A stretch of 64,000 bases of DNA, from NCBI GenBank assembly GCA_039923495.1, contig JBDTCO010000064.1, positions 2-64,001 of the forward strand, read 5' to 3'. The stretch is from Polyangia bacterium. GTDB lineage: Bacteria > Myxococcota_A > Polyangia > Palsa-1104. Under the pieces are notes generated by a model that had not been told where the DNA came from, did no database searches, and worked only from the letters and a program-made list of their open reading frames with translations. The position numbers and the translations under genes were made by a program. Of this stretch, positions 19,545-30,715 are shown in pieces (the first letter of the stretch is position 1; each line of letters starts with the position of its first letter).

Positions 19545-20570
19545 TTACTTCTTGACCTCGACGTGACCACCGAACTTGTGGCGCATCGCGGACTGCACCT
19601 TGTCGGCGAACAGCCCGTTCCCCCGCGAGGTGAAGCGCGCGTAGAGCGCCGCGGAGAGCACCGGCACGGGCACGCCCTCGTCGATGGCGGCCTCGATGGT
19701 CCAGCGACCTTCGCCGGAGTCGGAGACGCGACCGCTGTAGCTCTCGAGCTTGGGGCTCTCGGCGAGCGCGGACGCGGTGAGGTCGAGCAGCCAGGAGGCG
19801 ACGACGCTGCCGCGACGCCACACCTCCGTGACGTCGGCGACGTTGATGTCGTACTGGAAGTACTGGGGGTCGCGGACGGGTGCGGTCTCCGCGTCGACGG
19901 TGTGGTCCTGCTTGCCGATGTTCGCGCCGTTGAGGATGTTCAGGCCCTCGGCGTAGGCCGCCATCATTCCGTACTCGATGCCGTTGTGGACCATCTTCAC
20001 GAAGTGGCCGGCGCCGACGGGGCCGCAGTGCAGGTAGCCCTTCTCTGCGGTGGGATCGAGCGTCGCCTTCGTGGTCTTGCGCTCGGGCGTGCGCTCGACG
20101 CTGCCCTCGCCGGGCGCGAGCGTGGCGAAGATCGGTTCGAGACGACCGACGACCTTCTTCTCGCCACCGATCATGAGGCAGTAACCACGCTCGAGGCCGA
20201 ACACGCCGCCCGACGTCCCGACGTCGACGTAGTGCAGCTTCTTCTCGAGCAGGCGCTTGGCGCGATCGACGTCGTCGCGGTAGTACGAGTTGCCACCGTC
20301 GATGATGCAGTCGTCGGGGCCCAGGAGCGGCTCGAGCTTCTCGATGGTCTTGTCGACGATACCGGCCGGCACCATGAGCCAGATGTGCCGCGGAGCAGCC
20401 ATCTTCTTGACGAGCTCTTCGACCGACGCAGCGCCGGTCGCGCCGTCGCCGACTGACGCGTCGATGGCCTTTTGTGAGAGGTCGGTGACCACGAGATCGT
20501 GGCCGCCCTTGATGAGGCGCTTCACCATGTTGGCGCCCATGCGCCCGAGTCCGATCATGCCGAGTTGCAT
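19545..20570 (-). CDS. gnd: 6-phosphogluconate dehydrogenase (decarboxylating), short Gnd/YqeC type
   Basis: [16 protein letters not shown] Rossmann motif plus the 6PGDH C-terminal domain. GGAGAA RBS upstream. Confidence 0.9.
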   Translation of the reverse strand: MQLGMIGLGRMGANMVKRLIKGGHDLVVTDLSQKAIDASVGDGATGAASVEELVKKMAAPRHIWLMVPAGIVDKTIEKLEPLLGPDDCIIDGGNSYYRDDVDRAKRLLEKKLHYVDVGTSGGVFGLERGYCLMIGGEKKVVGRLEPIFATLAPGEGSVERTPERKTTKATLDPTAEKGYLHCGPVGAGHFVKMVHNGIEYGMMAAYAEGLNILNGANIGKQDHTVDAETAPVRDPQYFQYDINVADVTEVWRRGSVVASWLLDLTASALAESPKLESYSGRVSDSGEGRWTIEAAIDEGVPVPVLSAALYARFTSRGNGLFADKVQSAMRHKFGGHVEVKK

Positions 20571-20666
20571 TGGTTCTCCAGTTGACGAGGTTCGACGCAC
20601 CCTAGCGCTGCTTGCCGAAAGGACATAGGGGTTGACGCCGGGCGGCCACTGTCGTCAATTCCTTCG

Positions 20667-21473
20667 ATGTCGCAGGGAGCGCCGACGAACCAGACGTATT
20701 CGACGATCACCGTCGAGGTGACCGAGCGGGTCGCGCTCGTCACCATCACGCGTGAAAAGGCGCTCAACGCCCTGAACGCGACGGTCATCGCCGAACTCAC
20801 GACCGCGCTGGGTGCGCTCGATGCGGATGCCGCCGTCGGTGCGGTCATCCTCACGGGCGCTGGCGAGAAGGCCTTCGTCGCGGGCGCGGACATCGCGGCC
20901 ATGGCGGACCTCTCGTCGCCGGCAGCACGCACGTTCGCCGAGGCGGGGCACGGCGTCGGCGATCTCATCGCGCGGATGGGCAAGCCCGTCATCGCGGCGG
21001 TCAACGGGTTCGCGCTCGGCGGGGGCTGCGAGCTCATGCTGGCGTGCGACTTCGCGTTCGCGTCGGAGCGCGCGAAGTTCGGGCAGCCCGAGGTCAACCT
21101 CGGCCTGATGCCCGGCTTCGGTGGAACGCAGCGTCTGCTGCGTCGTGTCGGGCCGGCGCGCGCGTCCGAGCTCGTGCTCACGGCCGATCTCATCGGCGCC
21201 GATGAGGCCCTGCGTATCGGCCTCGTGAACGCGGTCGTGCCGGCGGACAAGCTCCTCGAGCACGCGCGCGCGCAGGCCTTGAAGATAGCGAGCAAGGCGC
21301 CGCTCGCCGTCGCTGCGTCGAAACGTGCGCTGCGCCGCGCGGAGGAACTCTCCCTCGGCGCGGGCAACGAGCTCGAGCGCGAGCTGTTCGCGGGCCTGTT
21401 CTCGACCGCGGATCAGAAGGAGGGCACGCGCGCCTTCCTCGAGAAGCGCCCCGCAAAGTTCATCGGTCGCTGA
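20667..21473 (+). CDS. Enoyl-CoA hydratase/isomerase (crotonase family)
   Basis: ILTGAGEKAFVAGADI and AAVNGFALGGGCELMLACD crotonase motifs. Confidence 0.9.
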   Translation: MSQGAPTNQTYSTITVEVTERVALVTITREKALNALNATVIAELTTALGALDADAAVGAVILTGAGEKAFVAGADIAAMADLSSPAARTFAEAGHGVGDLIARMGKPVIAAVNGFALGGGCELMLACDFAFASERAKFGQPEVNLGLMPGFGGTQRLLRRVGPARASELVLTADLIGADEALRIGLVNAVVPADKLLEHARAQALKIASKAPLAVAASKRALRRAEELSLGAGNELERELFAGLFSTADQKEGTRAFLEKRPAKFIGR

Positions 21474-22615
21474 TGCACTCGAAGCTCACCGACGAGCAGG
21501 CGATGGTGCAGAAGACCGCCGCCGACTTCGCGAAGCACGAGGTGCTGCCGAAGGCGGCCGAGATCGATCGCGCGCACCGGCACCCGAAGGAGCTCGTCGC
21601 GCGCATGGCCGAGCTCGGGCTCATGGGCATCGCGGTCCCAGAGGAATACGGCGGCGCGGGGTTCGATGCGCTCTCGTACGCGCTCGCGCTCGAAGAGGTC
21701 TCGCGCGCGTGCGCGTCGACGGGTGTCATCATGAGCGTCAACAACTCGCTCGTGTGCGACCCGATCCTCAAGTTCGGCACCGAGGCGCAGAAGCGCGAGC
21801 TCCTCGTGCCGCTCGCATCGGGCAAGAAGCTCGGGTGTTTCGCGCTCTCCGAGCCCGAGGCGGGGTCCGACGCCGCGGCGCAGAAGACCACCGCGCGCCG
21901 CGATGGGGACGACTGGGTCGTGAGCGGAATCAAGAACTGGATCACGAACGGGCCCGTCGCCGACACGTGCGTGCTGCTCACGATGACCGACCGCGAGGCC
22001 GGCCACAGGGGCATCACGGCGTTCGTCCTGCCGATGGACACCAAGGGTGTGAGCACCGGACCCGCCGACAAAAAGCTCGGCATCCGCGGGTCGCAGTCGT
22101 GCCAGATCTTCCTCGACGAGGTGCGCCTCCCATCGTCGCTCGTGCTCGGCGAGGTCGGCGGTGGCTTCAAGGTCGCGATGTCCACGCTCGACGGTGGACG
22201 CATCGGTATCGCGGCGCAGGCGGTCGGCATCGGGCGCGCGTCGCTCGAGGACGCGGCCGAGTACGCGAAGGAGCGCAAGACCTTCGGCAAGCCCATCTCC
22301 CAGCATCAGGGCATCCAGTTCAAGCTCGCCGACATGGCGACCGAGGTCGACGCCGCGCGCCTCCTCACCTGGCGCGCCGCCGCGCTGAAGGACCGCGGCG
22401 CGCGCTACGGTCAGGAGGCCGCGATGGCGAAGCTGTTCGCGTCGGAGGCCGCCAACCGCGCCGCGAAGGAGTGCGTGCAGATCTTCGGTGGGAACGGCTA
22501 CGTCGAGGACTACCCCGCGGAGCGCCACTACCGCGACGCGAAGATCACCGAGATCTACGAAGGCACCAGCGAGATCCAGCGCATCGTCATCGCCAACCAG
22601 CTGCTCAAGGACTGA
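21473..22615 (+). CDS. Acyl-CoA dehydrogenase (short-chain/butyryl-CoA type)
   Basis: ATGA overlap with the hydratase gene. ACAD N, middle and C domains present. Catalytic Glu in YEGTSEIQR. Confidence 0.9.
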   Translation: MHSKLTDEQAMVQKTAADFAKHEVLPKAAEIDRAHRHPKELVARMAELGLMGIAVPEEYGGAGFDALSYALALEEVSRACASTGVIMSVNNSLVCDPILKFGTEAQKRELLVPLASGKKLGCFALSEPEAGSDAAAQKTTARRDGDDWVVSGIKNWITNGPVADTCVLLTMTDREAGHRGITAFVLPMDTKGVSTGPADKKLGIRGSQSCQIFLDEVRLPSSLVLGEVGGGFKVAMSTLDGGRIGIAAQAVGIGRASLEDAAEYAKERKTFGKPISQHQGIQFKLADMATEVDAARLLTWRAAALKDRGARYGQEAAMAKLFASEAANRAAKECVQIFGGNGYVEDYPAERHYRDAKITEIYEGTSEIQRIVIANQLLKD

Positions 22616-22626
22616 GAGAGATTCGC

Positions 22627-23058
22627 ATGCGACAAAACTACCTGTTCGTACTCGCCATCGGCGCGGCCACCGCCTTTTCCGGCGGCTGCGCGACCACGAA
22701 GGACGAGGTGAAAGTACAAAAGACCGCCGAGGACTCGCCGCCGCCGCAGGGGCCGACCGTCACGTCGGAGCAGAACGACGCGATCGATGCGCTCTTCCGT
22801 CGCAAGGCGCCCGAGCTGCAGTCGTGCTGGCAGGACGAGTACCAGCGCACGAAGAACCGCAAGCTCGAGGGCGACATCTCGGTGCAGATGCTCATCTCGC
22901 CACAGGGCCACGCGGGCGACGTGAAGATCGCGAGCTCGACCATCGGGGTGCCGGCGGTCGACGAGTGCGTCGTCAAGTCCATCGGCGCCTGGTCGTTCCC
23001 CGAGGGGCCGGCGCCCGCGCCGTACCGTCGCACCGTCCACCTCGGCGCAGAGTACTAG
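22627..23058 (+). CDS. Lipoprotein with AgmX/PglI-like (TonB-C-like) C-terminal domain
   Basis: AFSGGC lipobox. C-terminal domain is similar to the C-termini of the kinases at 32343 and 60517. Confidence 0.65.
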   Translation: MRQNYLFVLAIGAATAFSGGCATTKDEVKVQKTAEDSPPPQGPTVTSEQNDAIDALFRRKAPELQSCWQDEYQRTKNRKLEGDISVQMLISPQGHAGDVKIASSTIGVPAVDECVVKSIGAWSFPEGPAPAPYRRTVHLGAEY

Positions 23059-23067
23059 AGCAGGCCC

Positions 23068-23844
23068 GTGACCACGCTCGTCCTCGTCTGCGCGGCGCTC
23101 GCGCTGTCCGCCTGCGCGCGGCACGTGCCGCCGCCGAAGGTTCCGGAGGCGCCTGTCGCCGAGGAGCAGCCGACGTCTGCTCCAGCCGCAGCGCGAGAGG
23201 ACGGCATGCAGCTCGAGGGGCAGCTCGGTACGCTGTCGGGTGAGGACATCGCCGGCGCGTTCAAGACGCGATGGCCGGACGTCACGCGATGCTCGCGCTC
23301 GGCGCAGGACAAGCTCTATTACCTGCATGGCACGGTGCAGCTCAAGGTGCGCGTCGGTCCCGACGGGGCGGCGGAGAGCGCGTACGTCGAGCACTCGACG
23401 CTGGGGAGCTGGGAAGCGGAGCAGTGCGTGCTGCAGGTCGCACGCGGGCTCGTGTTCCCGTCGCCGCGCGGTGGCAAGGAGGCCGAGTTCTCGTACCCCA
23501 TCGAGGTGCGCGCGCGTCGGCCTTCTCCGATGGTCGACTGGGACGAGGCGCGCATCGCACCGACGGTGCTGCGCTCGAAGCACGACGTTGGAGTGTGCCG
23601 GGGTGACGCGCCGCGCGGCCCGCACAAGAAGCACGCGAAGCGGACCGCGCTCACCGTGCTGCCATCGAACCTGAGCCTCACGCTCTACGTGGCGCCGGGC
23701 GGCCACGTGTCGTCGCTCGGGCTCGCGGGCGAAGGTCCAATCGACGAGGCGTTCGCCAGCTGCCTCATGACCCACGCGCTGACCTGGAAGGTCGACGATC
23801 CACGCGGCCGAATCGCGAAGGCCACGTTCGCGGTGGTGCAATGA
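23068..23844 (+). CDS. Lipoprotein with two AgmX/PglI-like domains
   Basis: ALSAC lipobox. Two-domain layout inferred from the translation. 4-nt overlap with the downstream ACAD gene. Confidence 0.6.
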   Translation: MTTLVLVCAALALSACARHVPPPKVPEAPVAEEQPTSAPAAAREDGMQLEGQLGTLSGEDIAGAFKTRWPDVTRCSRSAQDKLYYLHGTVQLKVRVGPDGAAESAYVEHSTLGSWEAEQCVLQVARGLVFPSPRGGKEAEFSYPIEVRARRPSPMVDWDEARIAPTVLRSKHDVGVCRGDAPRGPHKKHAKRTALTVLPSNLSLTLYVAPGGHVSSLGLAGEGPIDEAFASCLMTHALTWKVDDPRGRIAKATFAVVQ

Positions 23845-25046
23845 GCCCGGCCTTCGTTTCATCCGGAGGCGGTGACTCGGCAAGAGGCCTGTTCGAGCTC
23901 GACGAGACGGAGCTGCTGGTCCAGAAGACGGCGCGCACGTTCGCCGAGCGCGTGCTCGCACCGAGGGCCGCCGAGCGCGATCGCACCGCAGCATTCCCCG
24001 TCGAGGAGCTGCGCCAGCTCGCGGAGCTCGGCCTGCTCGGCGTCAACATCCCGTCGGAGCTCGGCGGCGCGGAGGCGGGCCCCGTCGCATACGCGCTCGC
24101 GATGCAGGAGGTAGCGCGCGCGGATGCATCGGTCGCCGTCGCGATGGCCGTCACCAACATGGTCGGCGAGGTCATCTGCGCGTTCGGCACCGAGGAGCAG
24201 AAGCAGCGGGCCGTGCCGCGGCTCACATCGGGCGAGGCCATCGCGGGCGCGTTCGCGCTGTCCGAGGTTCAGGCAGGCAGCGATCCCGGTGGCATGGCCA
24301 CCACCGCCACGCGCACCGACCAGGGCTGGCGGCTCGACGGCTCGAAGCAGTGGATCACGTCGGGCGATCGCGCCGGCGTGATGATCGTGTGGGCGAAGAC
24401 CGCGGGTGCACGCTCGCTGTCGACGTTCCTGCTCGAGCGCGAGGTCGACGAGCAGGCCATGGCGAAGCCGCTCACAGGCATGGGCGTCGGCAAGCACGAG
24501 GACAAGATGGGCCTGCGCGGCTCGTCGACGGTGCCGCTCACGTTCGATGGCTGCGAGCTGCCGGAGGCGGCGCTCATGGGTCAGCTCGGCGAGGGGCTCA
24601 AGGTCGCGCTGCTCGCGCTCGACGGCGGTCGCATCGGCATCGCGTCGCAGGCCATCGGTATCGCGCGCGCTGCGTTCGACGTGGCGCGACGCTACGTGAA
24701 GGAGCGACACCAGTTCGGCAAGCCACTCGCCGACTTCCAGGCCACGCAGTTCCGCCTCGCCGACATGGCGACCGACCTCGACGCCGCGCACCTCCTCACG
24801 CTGCGCGCCGCGTACAACAAGGGCGCGGGCCTCGCGTTCTCGCGCGAGGCGTCGATGGCCAAGCTCTGGGCGACCGAGACGGCCGGTCGCGTGTGCGACG
24901 ACGCACTGCAGCTGCTCGGCGGCTACGGCTACACGCGCGATTTTCCCGTCGAGCGGTTCTATCGGGACGTCCGCGTCACGCGCATCTACGAGGGGACGAG
25001 CGAGATCCAGCGCCTCGTCATCGCGCGCGCGCTGCTCGGCCGCTGA
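23841..25046 (+). CDS. Acyl-CoA dehydrogenase
   Basis: ACAD fold throughout. YEGTSEIQRLVIARALLGR C-terminus. Confidence 0.9.
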   Translation: MSPAFVSSGGGDSARGLFELDETELLVQKTARTFAERVLAPRAAERDRTAAFPVEELRQLAELGLLGVNIPSELGGAEAGPVAYALAMQEVARADASVAVAMAVTNMVGEVICAFGTEEQKQRAVPRLTSGEAIAGAFALSEVQAGSDPGGMATTATRTDQGWRLDGSKQWITSGDRAGVMIVWAKTAGARSLSTFLLEREVDEQAMAKPLTGMGVGKHEDKMGLRGSSTVPLTFDGCELPEAALMGQLGEGLKVALLALDGGRIGIASQAIGIARAAFDVARRYVKERHQFGKPLADFQATQFRLADMATDLDAAHLLTLRAAYNKGAGLAFSREASMAKLWATETAGRVCDDALQLLGGYGYTRDFPVERFYRDVRVTRIYEGTSEIQRLVIARALLGR

Positions 25047-25921
25047 TGCGCTGGGGCGTGGCGGCGCTGCTCTGCTGCAGCACCGCGTGGGCGGGGCCAG
25101 ACGACGACATGGGGCGACGCCTGCAGCAGCTCCTGCGCGCGCACCAGGCCGACGTGTTCGCGTGCGTCGCGAAGCAGCCCGAGCCCGCGAGCGGTGAAGC
25201 GTTGCTGCGTATCGTCGTCGGTGGGGATCACGTGCCCGAGGTGCTGAAGGCCGACGCCGCCGTGCAGCGGACGGCCGAGTGCGTGGCGCTGGCCGCGCGC
25301 AGCTGGGACCTCTCGTCGCTCGGCGCGAGCGTGGGCGATCAGGTCGTGTTCCCGCTCGCGTTCGCGCCCGAGAAGCCTGGCGCAGGCAACGTCGCGCTCT
25401 TCGCGACGATGCGCCTCGAGAAGCTCGCGCCGGGGCAGACCCTCGACCTCGGCGCAGACCGCAGCACCGCGCTGCTCGTCGTGTCGGGCAAACTCGACGG
25501 CCTCGCACCAGGGACGCTGCTCTACAGCGTCGGCAAGGCAGCCTCGCTCGCCGCGCGTCGCGCCACGGTGATCCTGCACATCGATGCGCCGTCGCGTGGT
25601 GGCTCCACGACAACGCGCGTGCGGCTCGGCGCGCACGCGACCCGCATGCTCGTCGAGGGCGACGCGTTCGACGTGCGTGAGCTATGCCTCCGCAAGGGGG
25701 ACGCCGTCACCGCGCCCGCGGGCCACGAAGATACGCTGCTCTACGTCGAGCATGGACGCGCCACGGTGACGCTCGGCAGCGATCGTGCGGAGAGCCGCGC
25801 GGGGGACGTGCTCACCGTGCCGCGTGGGACCAGCCGCACGATCGCGGTGACGAGAGACCTGTGTCTCCTCGAGGCAGAGACGCACGTGCGACCCGTCACG
25901 AGCGCGCCGGCCGGGCCCTGA
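25046..25921 (+). CDS. Secreted cupin-like protein
   Basis: ATG overlaps the ACAD stop (TGATG). Signal peptide present. beta-rich C-terminus with a cupin-like pattern. Confidence 0.5.
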   Translation: MRWGVAALLCCSTAWAGPDDDMGRRLQQLLRAHQADVFACVAKQPEPASGEALLRIVVGGDHVPEVLKADAAVQRTAECVALAARSWDLSSLGASVGDQVVFPLAFAPEKPGAGNVALFATMRLEKLAPGQTLDLGADRSTALLVVSGKLDGLAPGTLLYSVGKAASLAARRATVILHIDAPSRGGSTTTRVRLGAHATRMLVEGDAFDVRELCLRKGDAVTAPAGHEDTLLYVEHGRATVTLGSDRAESRAGDVLTVPRGTSRTIAVTRDLCLLEAETHVRPVTSAPAGP

Positions 25922-25979
25922 TACAGTGGGATGATAGGTAACACCCGCTCGTCCCTTGGTCTCTGCTCGGTAGGTACTC

Positions 25980-26729
25980 ATGTCTGACAACGTCTTCCTC
26001 CGCCTCGGCCTTGCGGCTCTTGGCCTCACCGGTTGTAACCTCGTCGCTGCGACGGGCTTGCAGACCGACTACTCGTTGGATGCGATCGCGTACGCGTCGC
26101 CCACGTTCGGCGATCCGACCGTGATGGCCACGATGCCGACCATCGCGTGCTCCGCCACCGACGATACGTGTAGCGCACAGGGCGCGGCGCTCGGCGCCAG
26201 TAACGTGACCGTGAGCTGCGACACTCAGCTGGGCGCGTGCATCGCGACGGCCGAGATCCGCGTGTCGGAGACCATCGACGTCGCCAAGCAGACGTCATTC
26301 CCGTCGCAGGCGATCCAGTTCGGCGTCGACGCCGTCGAGGTCAAGCGCCTCACGTACTGGATCAACAAGAACCAGCTGAACCTGCCCACGCCGGTGATCG
26401 ACTTCTACGTCGCGCCGACGGCTGCGCACGACGAGACGGACCCTGCGGCGACGCTGCTCACGAGCATCGCGACCATTGCCGCCGGTAGCAACGTCTGCGG
26501 CGATCCCGCGTACGTGGCCGGCGATCCGAACGCGTCGGGTTCACCGGTGTGCTCGGCCCCGCTGCCGTCGCCTGGCAAGAGCGCGCTGTCCGCCTTCGTG
26601 AAGGACTACAAGACGCCGTTCCAGATCATCGCGCACACCAGGATCGTCGCGCACCCGGGTGACCTCGTGCCGTCGGGCAGCATCAGCTTCGATGCGCGTC
26701 CGACGGTCGGCCTCAAGATCCTCGACTGA
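25980..26729 (+). CDS. Hypothetical lipoprotein (Cys-rich N-region)
   Basis: LTGC lipobox. No family recognised. Confidence 0.6.
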   Translation: MSDNVFLRLGLAALGLTGCNLVAATGLQTDYSLDAIAYASPTFGDPTVMATMPTIACSATDDTCSAQGAALGASNVTVSCDTQLGACIATAEIRVSETIDVAKQTSFPSQAIQFGVDAVEVKRLTYWINKNQLNLPTPVIDFYVAPTAAHDETDPAATLLTSIATIAAGSNVCGDPAYVAGDPNASGSPVCSAPLPSPGKSALSAFVKDYKTPFQIIAHTRIVAHPGDLVPSGSISFDARPTVGLKILD

Positions 26730-26740
26730 ACAGGCAGCGG

Positions 26741-27538
26741 TTAGAACCGCCTCACGTCCTTGCGGTGAAACGGGCGCCACTCGGGTGTCTTGAGGCCACC
26801 TTTGTCGAGCGCGGCCTCGTCGAACCATGGCGTGCCGTCCGCCGCTTTGAGGAGGTGGATCTGCTGCGCAGGCATGTAGCTCTGCGCGAGCATCAGCTTG
26901 CGCTTGCCGCCCGGGTCCACGACCTCGTCGACGACGAGGATCGCGTGCCCCGGATACCCGCCCTGGATGAGCACGTCACCTGGCTGCGCGGGCGCTGTGG
27001 CCTGGGCCATCTCGGCCTGGAGCGACGCGCTGCCCGCCTCGGAGAAGAGCGTCGTGAGGTAGCGGTGGAAGCGCTTGCGGTTCGGATCGGGGATGCGCGG
27101 ATCGAAGAGCATCGTGTGCAGCTTCTTCTTCGGGTCCGGATGGAAGACGATGGTCTGGCCGCGCGCGAGCAGGAACTCGGAGCGCAGGCGCATCACCGCG
27201 TCGGCGCACTGCTGCAGGTCGCGATCGCCCACGTCGATCGCCACGACGGCCAGATGCACGTCCTGGCGCGGCTTCTCCTTGCCGTCGAAGAGGCGGACCG
27301 CGGTGCCGGCAGGCTCGAGCGGGAGCTCGCGCAGCCACGCTCCGAACTCGCCGCGTGCGAGCGGCACGCGCGTGTAGCCCGGCGGGGCAGGGAAGCGATG
27401 CGACAGCGCCTCGTGAGACGTGTCGCCCGGTATCATCCACGGATAGCCGAGCGGCGCTGCCGACGCGGCTCCCGAGAGCGGCAGCGACAAGAGCAGGAGC
27501 GGCAACAGCAGTTGGAACGCGGAGGCAGCACGCCGCAT
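26741..27538 (-). CDS. Secreted hypothetical protein, co-operonic with comEA
   Basis: Signal peptide present. Lies 4 nt downstream of comEA on the same strand. Confidence 0.6.
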   Translation of the reverse strand: MRRAASAFQLLLPLLLLSLPLSGAASAAPLGYPWMIPGDTSHEALSHRFPAPPGYTRVPLARGEFGAWLRELPLEPAGTAVRLFDGKEKPRQDVHLAVVAIDVGDRDLQQCADAVMRLRSEFLLARGQTIVFHPDPKKKLHTMLFDPRIPDPNRKRFHRYLTTLFSEAGSASLQAEMAQATAPAQPGDVLIQGGYPGHAILVVDEVVDPGGKRKLMLAQSYMPAQQIHLLKAADGTPWFDEAALDKGGLKTPEWRPFHRKDVRRF

Positions 27539-27542
27539 CGAG

Positions 27543-27977
27543 CTACTTCGCCTTCGGCGTGACGACGCGGCTCTGCATCTTCTTGTAGACGTCCTTCGGC
27601 AGGATCTTCTTGAGCTGGCGCTTGTTCTTGTAGGGACGGCCCGCGATGATCTTGCCGGCGTACTCGTCGTTGATGCCGGGGAGCTTCTTCAGCTCCTCGC
27701 CCGTGGCGCGGTTGATGTCGATGTTGGCGACGGCCTCGTCCTCACGGATCTCCGTGGCGGGGTCGGCCTTGCTCGTCGGGTCGGCGTCCCCGCTGTGCTG
27801 CGGAGCCGACGATGGGTCGACCTTGCCGACGCTGTTTGCGCCCGCCTTCCTGTCGTCGGGCATGCCCGGGCGGTCCGCGGTGCGCTCTCCCCCTGCGCCC
27901 GTCTGGCTCTGGGCGGATGCGGCGACCGGGATGGCGCCGCAGAGAACGAACAGCGAGAGGCGAACGAAGCGGGTCAT
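27543..27977 (-). CDS. comEA: ComEA-family helix-hairpin-helix DNA-binding protein
   Basis: Signal peptide plus C-terminal tandem HhH (INRATGEELKKLPGI...AGKIIAGRPY). Confidence 0.8.
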   Translation of the reverse strand: MTRFVRLSLFVLCGAIPVAASAQSQTGAGGERTADRPGMPDDRKAGANSVGKVDPSSAPQHSGDADPTSKADPATEIREDEAVANIDINRATGEELKKLPGINDEYAGKIIAGRPYKNKRQLKKILPKDVYKKMQSRVVTPKAK

Positions 27978-28044
27978 GGGTTCCTCCGAAGACGAATCGT
28001 GTTAGGAAAGCCGGATACTACTACCGACGAGGGACGATCCCTCG

Positions 28045-29076
<1,032 letters not shown>

Positions 29077-29086
29077 ACTGCGGCTG

Positions 29087-30715
29087 ATGTTCCGCGTCAA
29101 CCTCACCGCGAAGCTCGCCGCCAGCTACCTTTTGGTTGCAGCGCTGATCGTCGGACCGACGCTGCTCTTTTTGCGCGCGACGTTCCTGTCGACGCTCGAG
29201 CGGCTCGAGGCGGGCGTGCTCGAGCCCCGCGCCGAGGCGCTGCGCGACGAGCTCCAGAAGGTGCCCATCGATCACCTCGACGAGGTCGACGTCGCGGTGC
29301 ACCGCTTCGCGACGCTGCTGCAGCTGCGCGTCACGATCATCCAGCCCGATGGACGGCCGCTCGCGGACTCCGAGGTGCCGCTCGAGCGCATCGCTGATCT
29401 GCAGAACCACCTCGATCGACCCGAGGTGCAAAAGGCTCTCCACGGCGAGTTCGGCTACGACAGCCGCATGTCGCTCACGGTGCACGACGAGCTCATCTAC
29501 GGCGCCGTCCCGCTGCCGGCGCGCGGTCCCGTGAGGCTCGTCGTGCGCGTCGCGCGTCGCGTCGTCAGCCTGCGCGAGGGTGCGACGAGCGCGCTGCTCA
29601 CGATGCGCCTCTCGACCGGTGTGGGCGTCACGGTGGCGCTCTTGCTCTCTCTCGGTGCTGCCGTCTACGTGTCGCGACCGCTGCGGCGCATGCGCGACAC
29701 GGCGCGCGCGTTCGCGGAGGGACGCTGGGTCGACGTACCGCGCGTCGAGACACGTGACGAGCTCGAGGACCTCTCCATCGCGCTCGACGATCTCGGGCGC
29801 AAGCTGCAGCACCAGCTCATCCTCCACGGCGCCAACGAGTCGCTCCTCACGCAGACGATCCGCGCGCTCCCGCGGCCGGCGCTGCTGCTCGATCCCGACT
29901 TCAAGCCGCTCGAGGTGAACGGTGCGCTGCGCGAGGTCGGCGAGCTCACGCCGGCCAACGAGGGCGAGGCGCTGACCGCGCTCCTCAAGGCGCCGAGCCT
30001 CGAGGCCGCGCGTCGCATCGCGGTCGAAAAGGGGCTGCCGGTCGAGCTCAACCTGCCGCTGCCCGGACGCCCCGCGGAAGGGCACGTGCCCGGGACGTTG
30101 GTGCCGCTCACGCGTCCGGTGGGTGGCCCGTTCTGGCTGCTCATCATCGGCCTCGACGAGCCGTTCGACGAGGAACGCGGGGTCGCGGCCCCGCTCGAGC
30201 TGCTCGATCGCGTCGATCGCGCCATCGATTCGCTCGTGCAGAGCGCACCCGGGTCGCGGCACGAGCTCGCCGAGCTGCGCGTGCGCACTGACGAGCTGGC
30301 GGTCGTCGCGGGGCGTCCGGCCCCCGTCGGCGTCGAGCCGGTCGCCATCGGCGCCATCATCACGCGTGCCATCGCCGAGGTCGCGGCGCTGTTCCCGGAT
30401 CGTGCTCTCGTCACCTACGTGCCGGCGGATCCAGCGGTGAATGCCACGATGGTCGCGGAGTCCGATCGCCTCGCCGAGCGTGCCGTCCGCGCGCTGCTGC
30501 GTGCCGGTGTCGCGGCCACGCCGGCCAATCGCACCGTCGAGCTCACCCTCGAGATCCAGCCCGCGCAGGTGCAGCTCGAGATCCGTGGCGCCGCCTCCGA
30601 GCTCGGCGAGACCGGCCGGCTACTCGTCGCGTTCGCACAGGCGGTCGGCGGGAGCGCGGGGCGTCGCCCCACCGGCGAGCGCTCGGTCGTGCGGCTCATG
30701 CTGCCGAGGGCCTGA
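29087..30715 (+). CDS. Membrane sensor histidine-kinase-like protein with HAMP domain
   Basis: ATG lies 10 nt after the DHS stop. Two TM helices, HAMP region, putative H-box SRHELAELRV and a degenerate HATPase_c region. Confidence 0.65.
   Translation: MFRVNLTAKLAASYLLVAALIVGPTLLFLRATFLSTLERLEAGVLEPRAEALRDELQKVPIDHLDEVDVAVHRFATLLQLRVTIIQPDGRPLADSEVPLERIADLQNHLDRPEVQKALHGEFGYDSRMSLTVHDELIYGAVPLPARGPVRLVVRVARRVVSLREGATSALLTMRLSTGVGVTVALLLSLGAAVYVSRPLRRMRDTARAFAEGRWVDVPRVETRDELEDLSIALDDLGRKLQHQLILHGANESLLTQTIRALPRPALLLDPDFKPLEVNGALREVGELTPANEGEALTALLKAPSLEAARRIAVEKGLPVELNLPLPGRPAEGHVPGTLVPLTRPVGGPFWLLIIGLDEPFDEERGVAAPLELLDRVDRAIDSLVQSAPGSRHELAELRVRTDELAVVAGRPAPVGVEPVAIGAIITRAIAEVAALFPDRALVTYVPADPAVNATMVAESDRLAERAVRALLRAGVAATPANRTVELTLEIQPAQVQLEIRGAASELGETGRLLVAFAQAVGGSAGRRPTGERSVVRLMLPRA

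Noticed and set aside
21325-23058. 577-aa ORF spanning the crotonase and ACAD genes
   Set aside because: Only its last 143 codons (lipoprotein, 22627..23058) are credible. The rest is an alternative frame of the acyl-CoA dehydrogenase.
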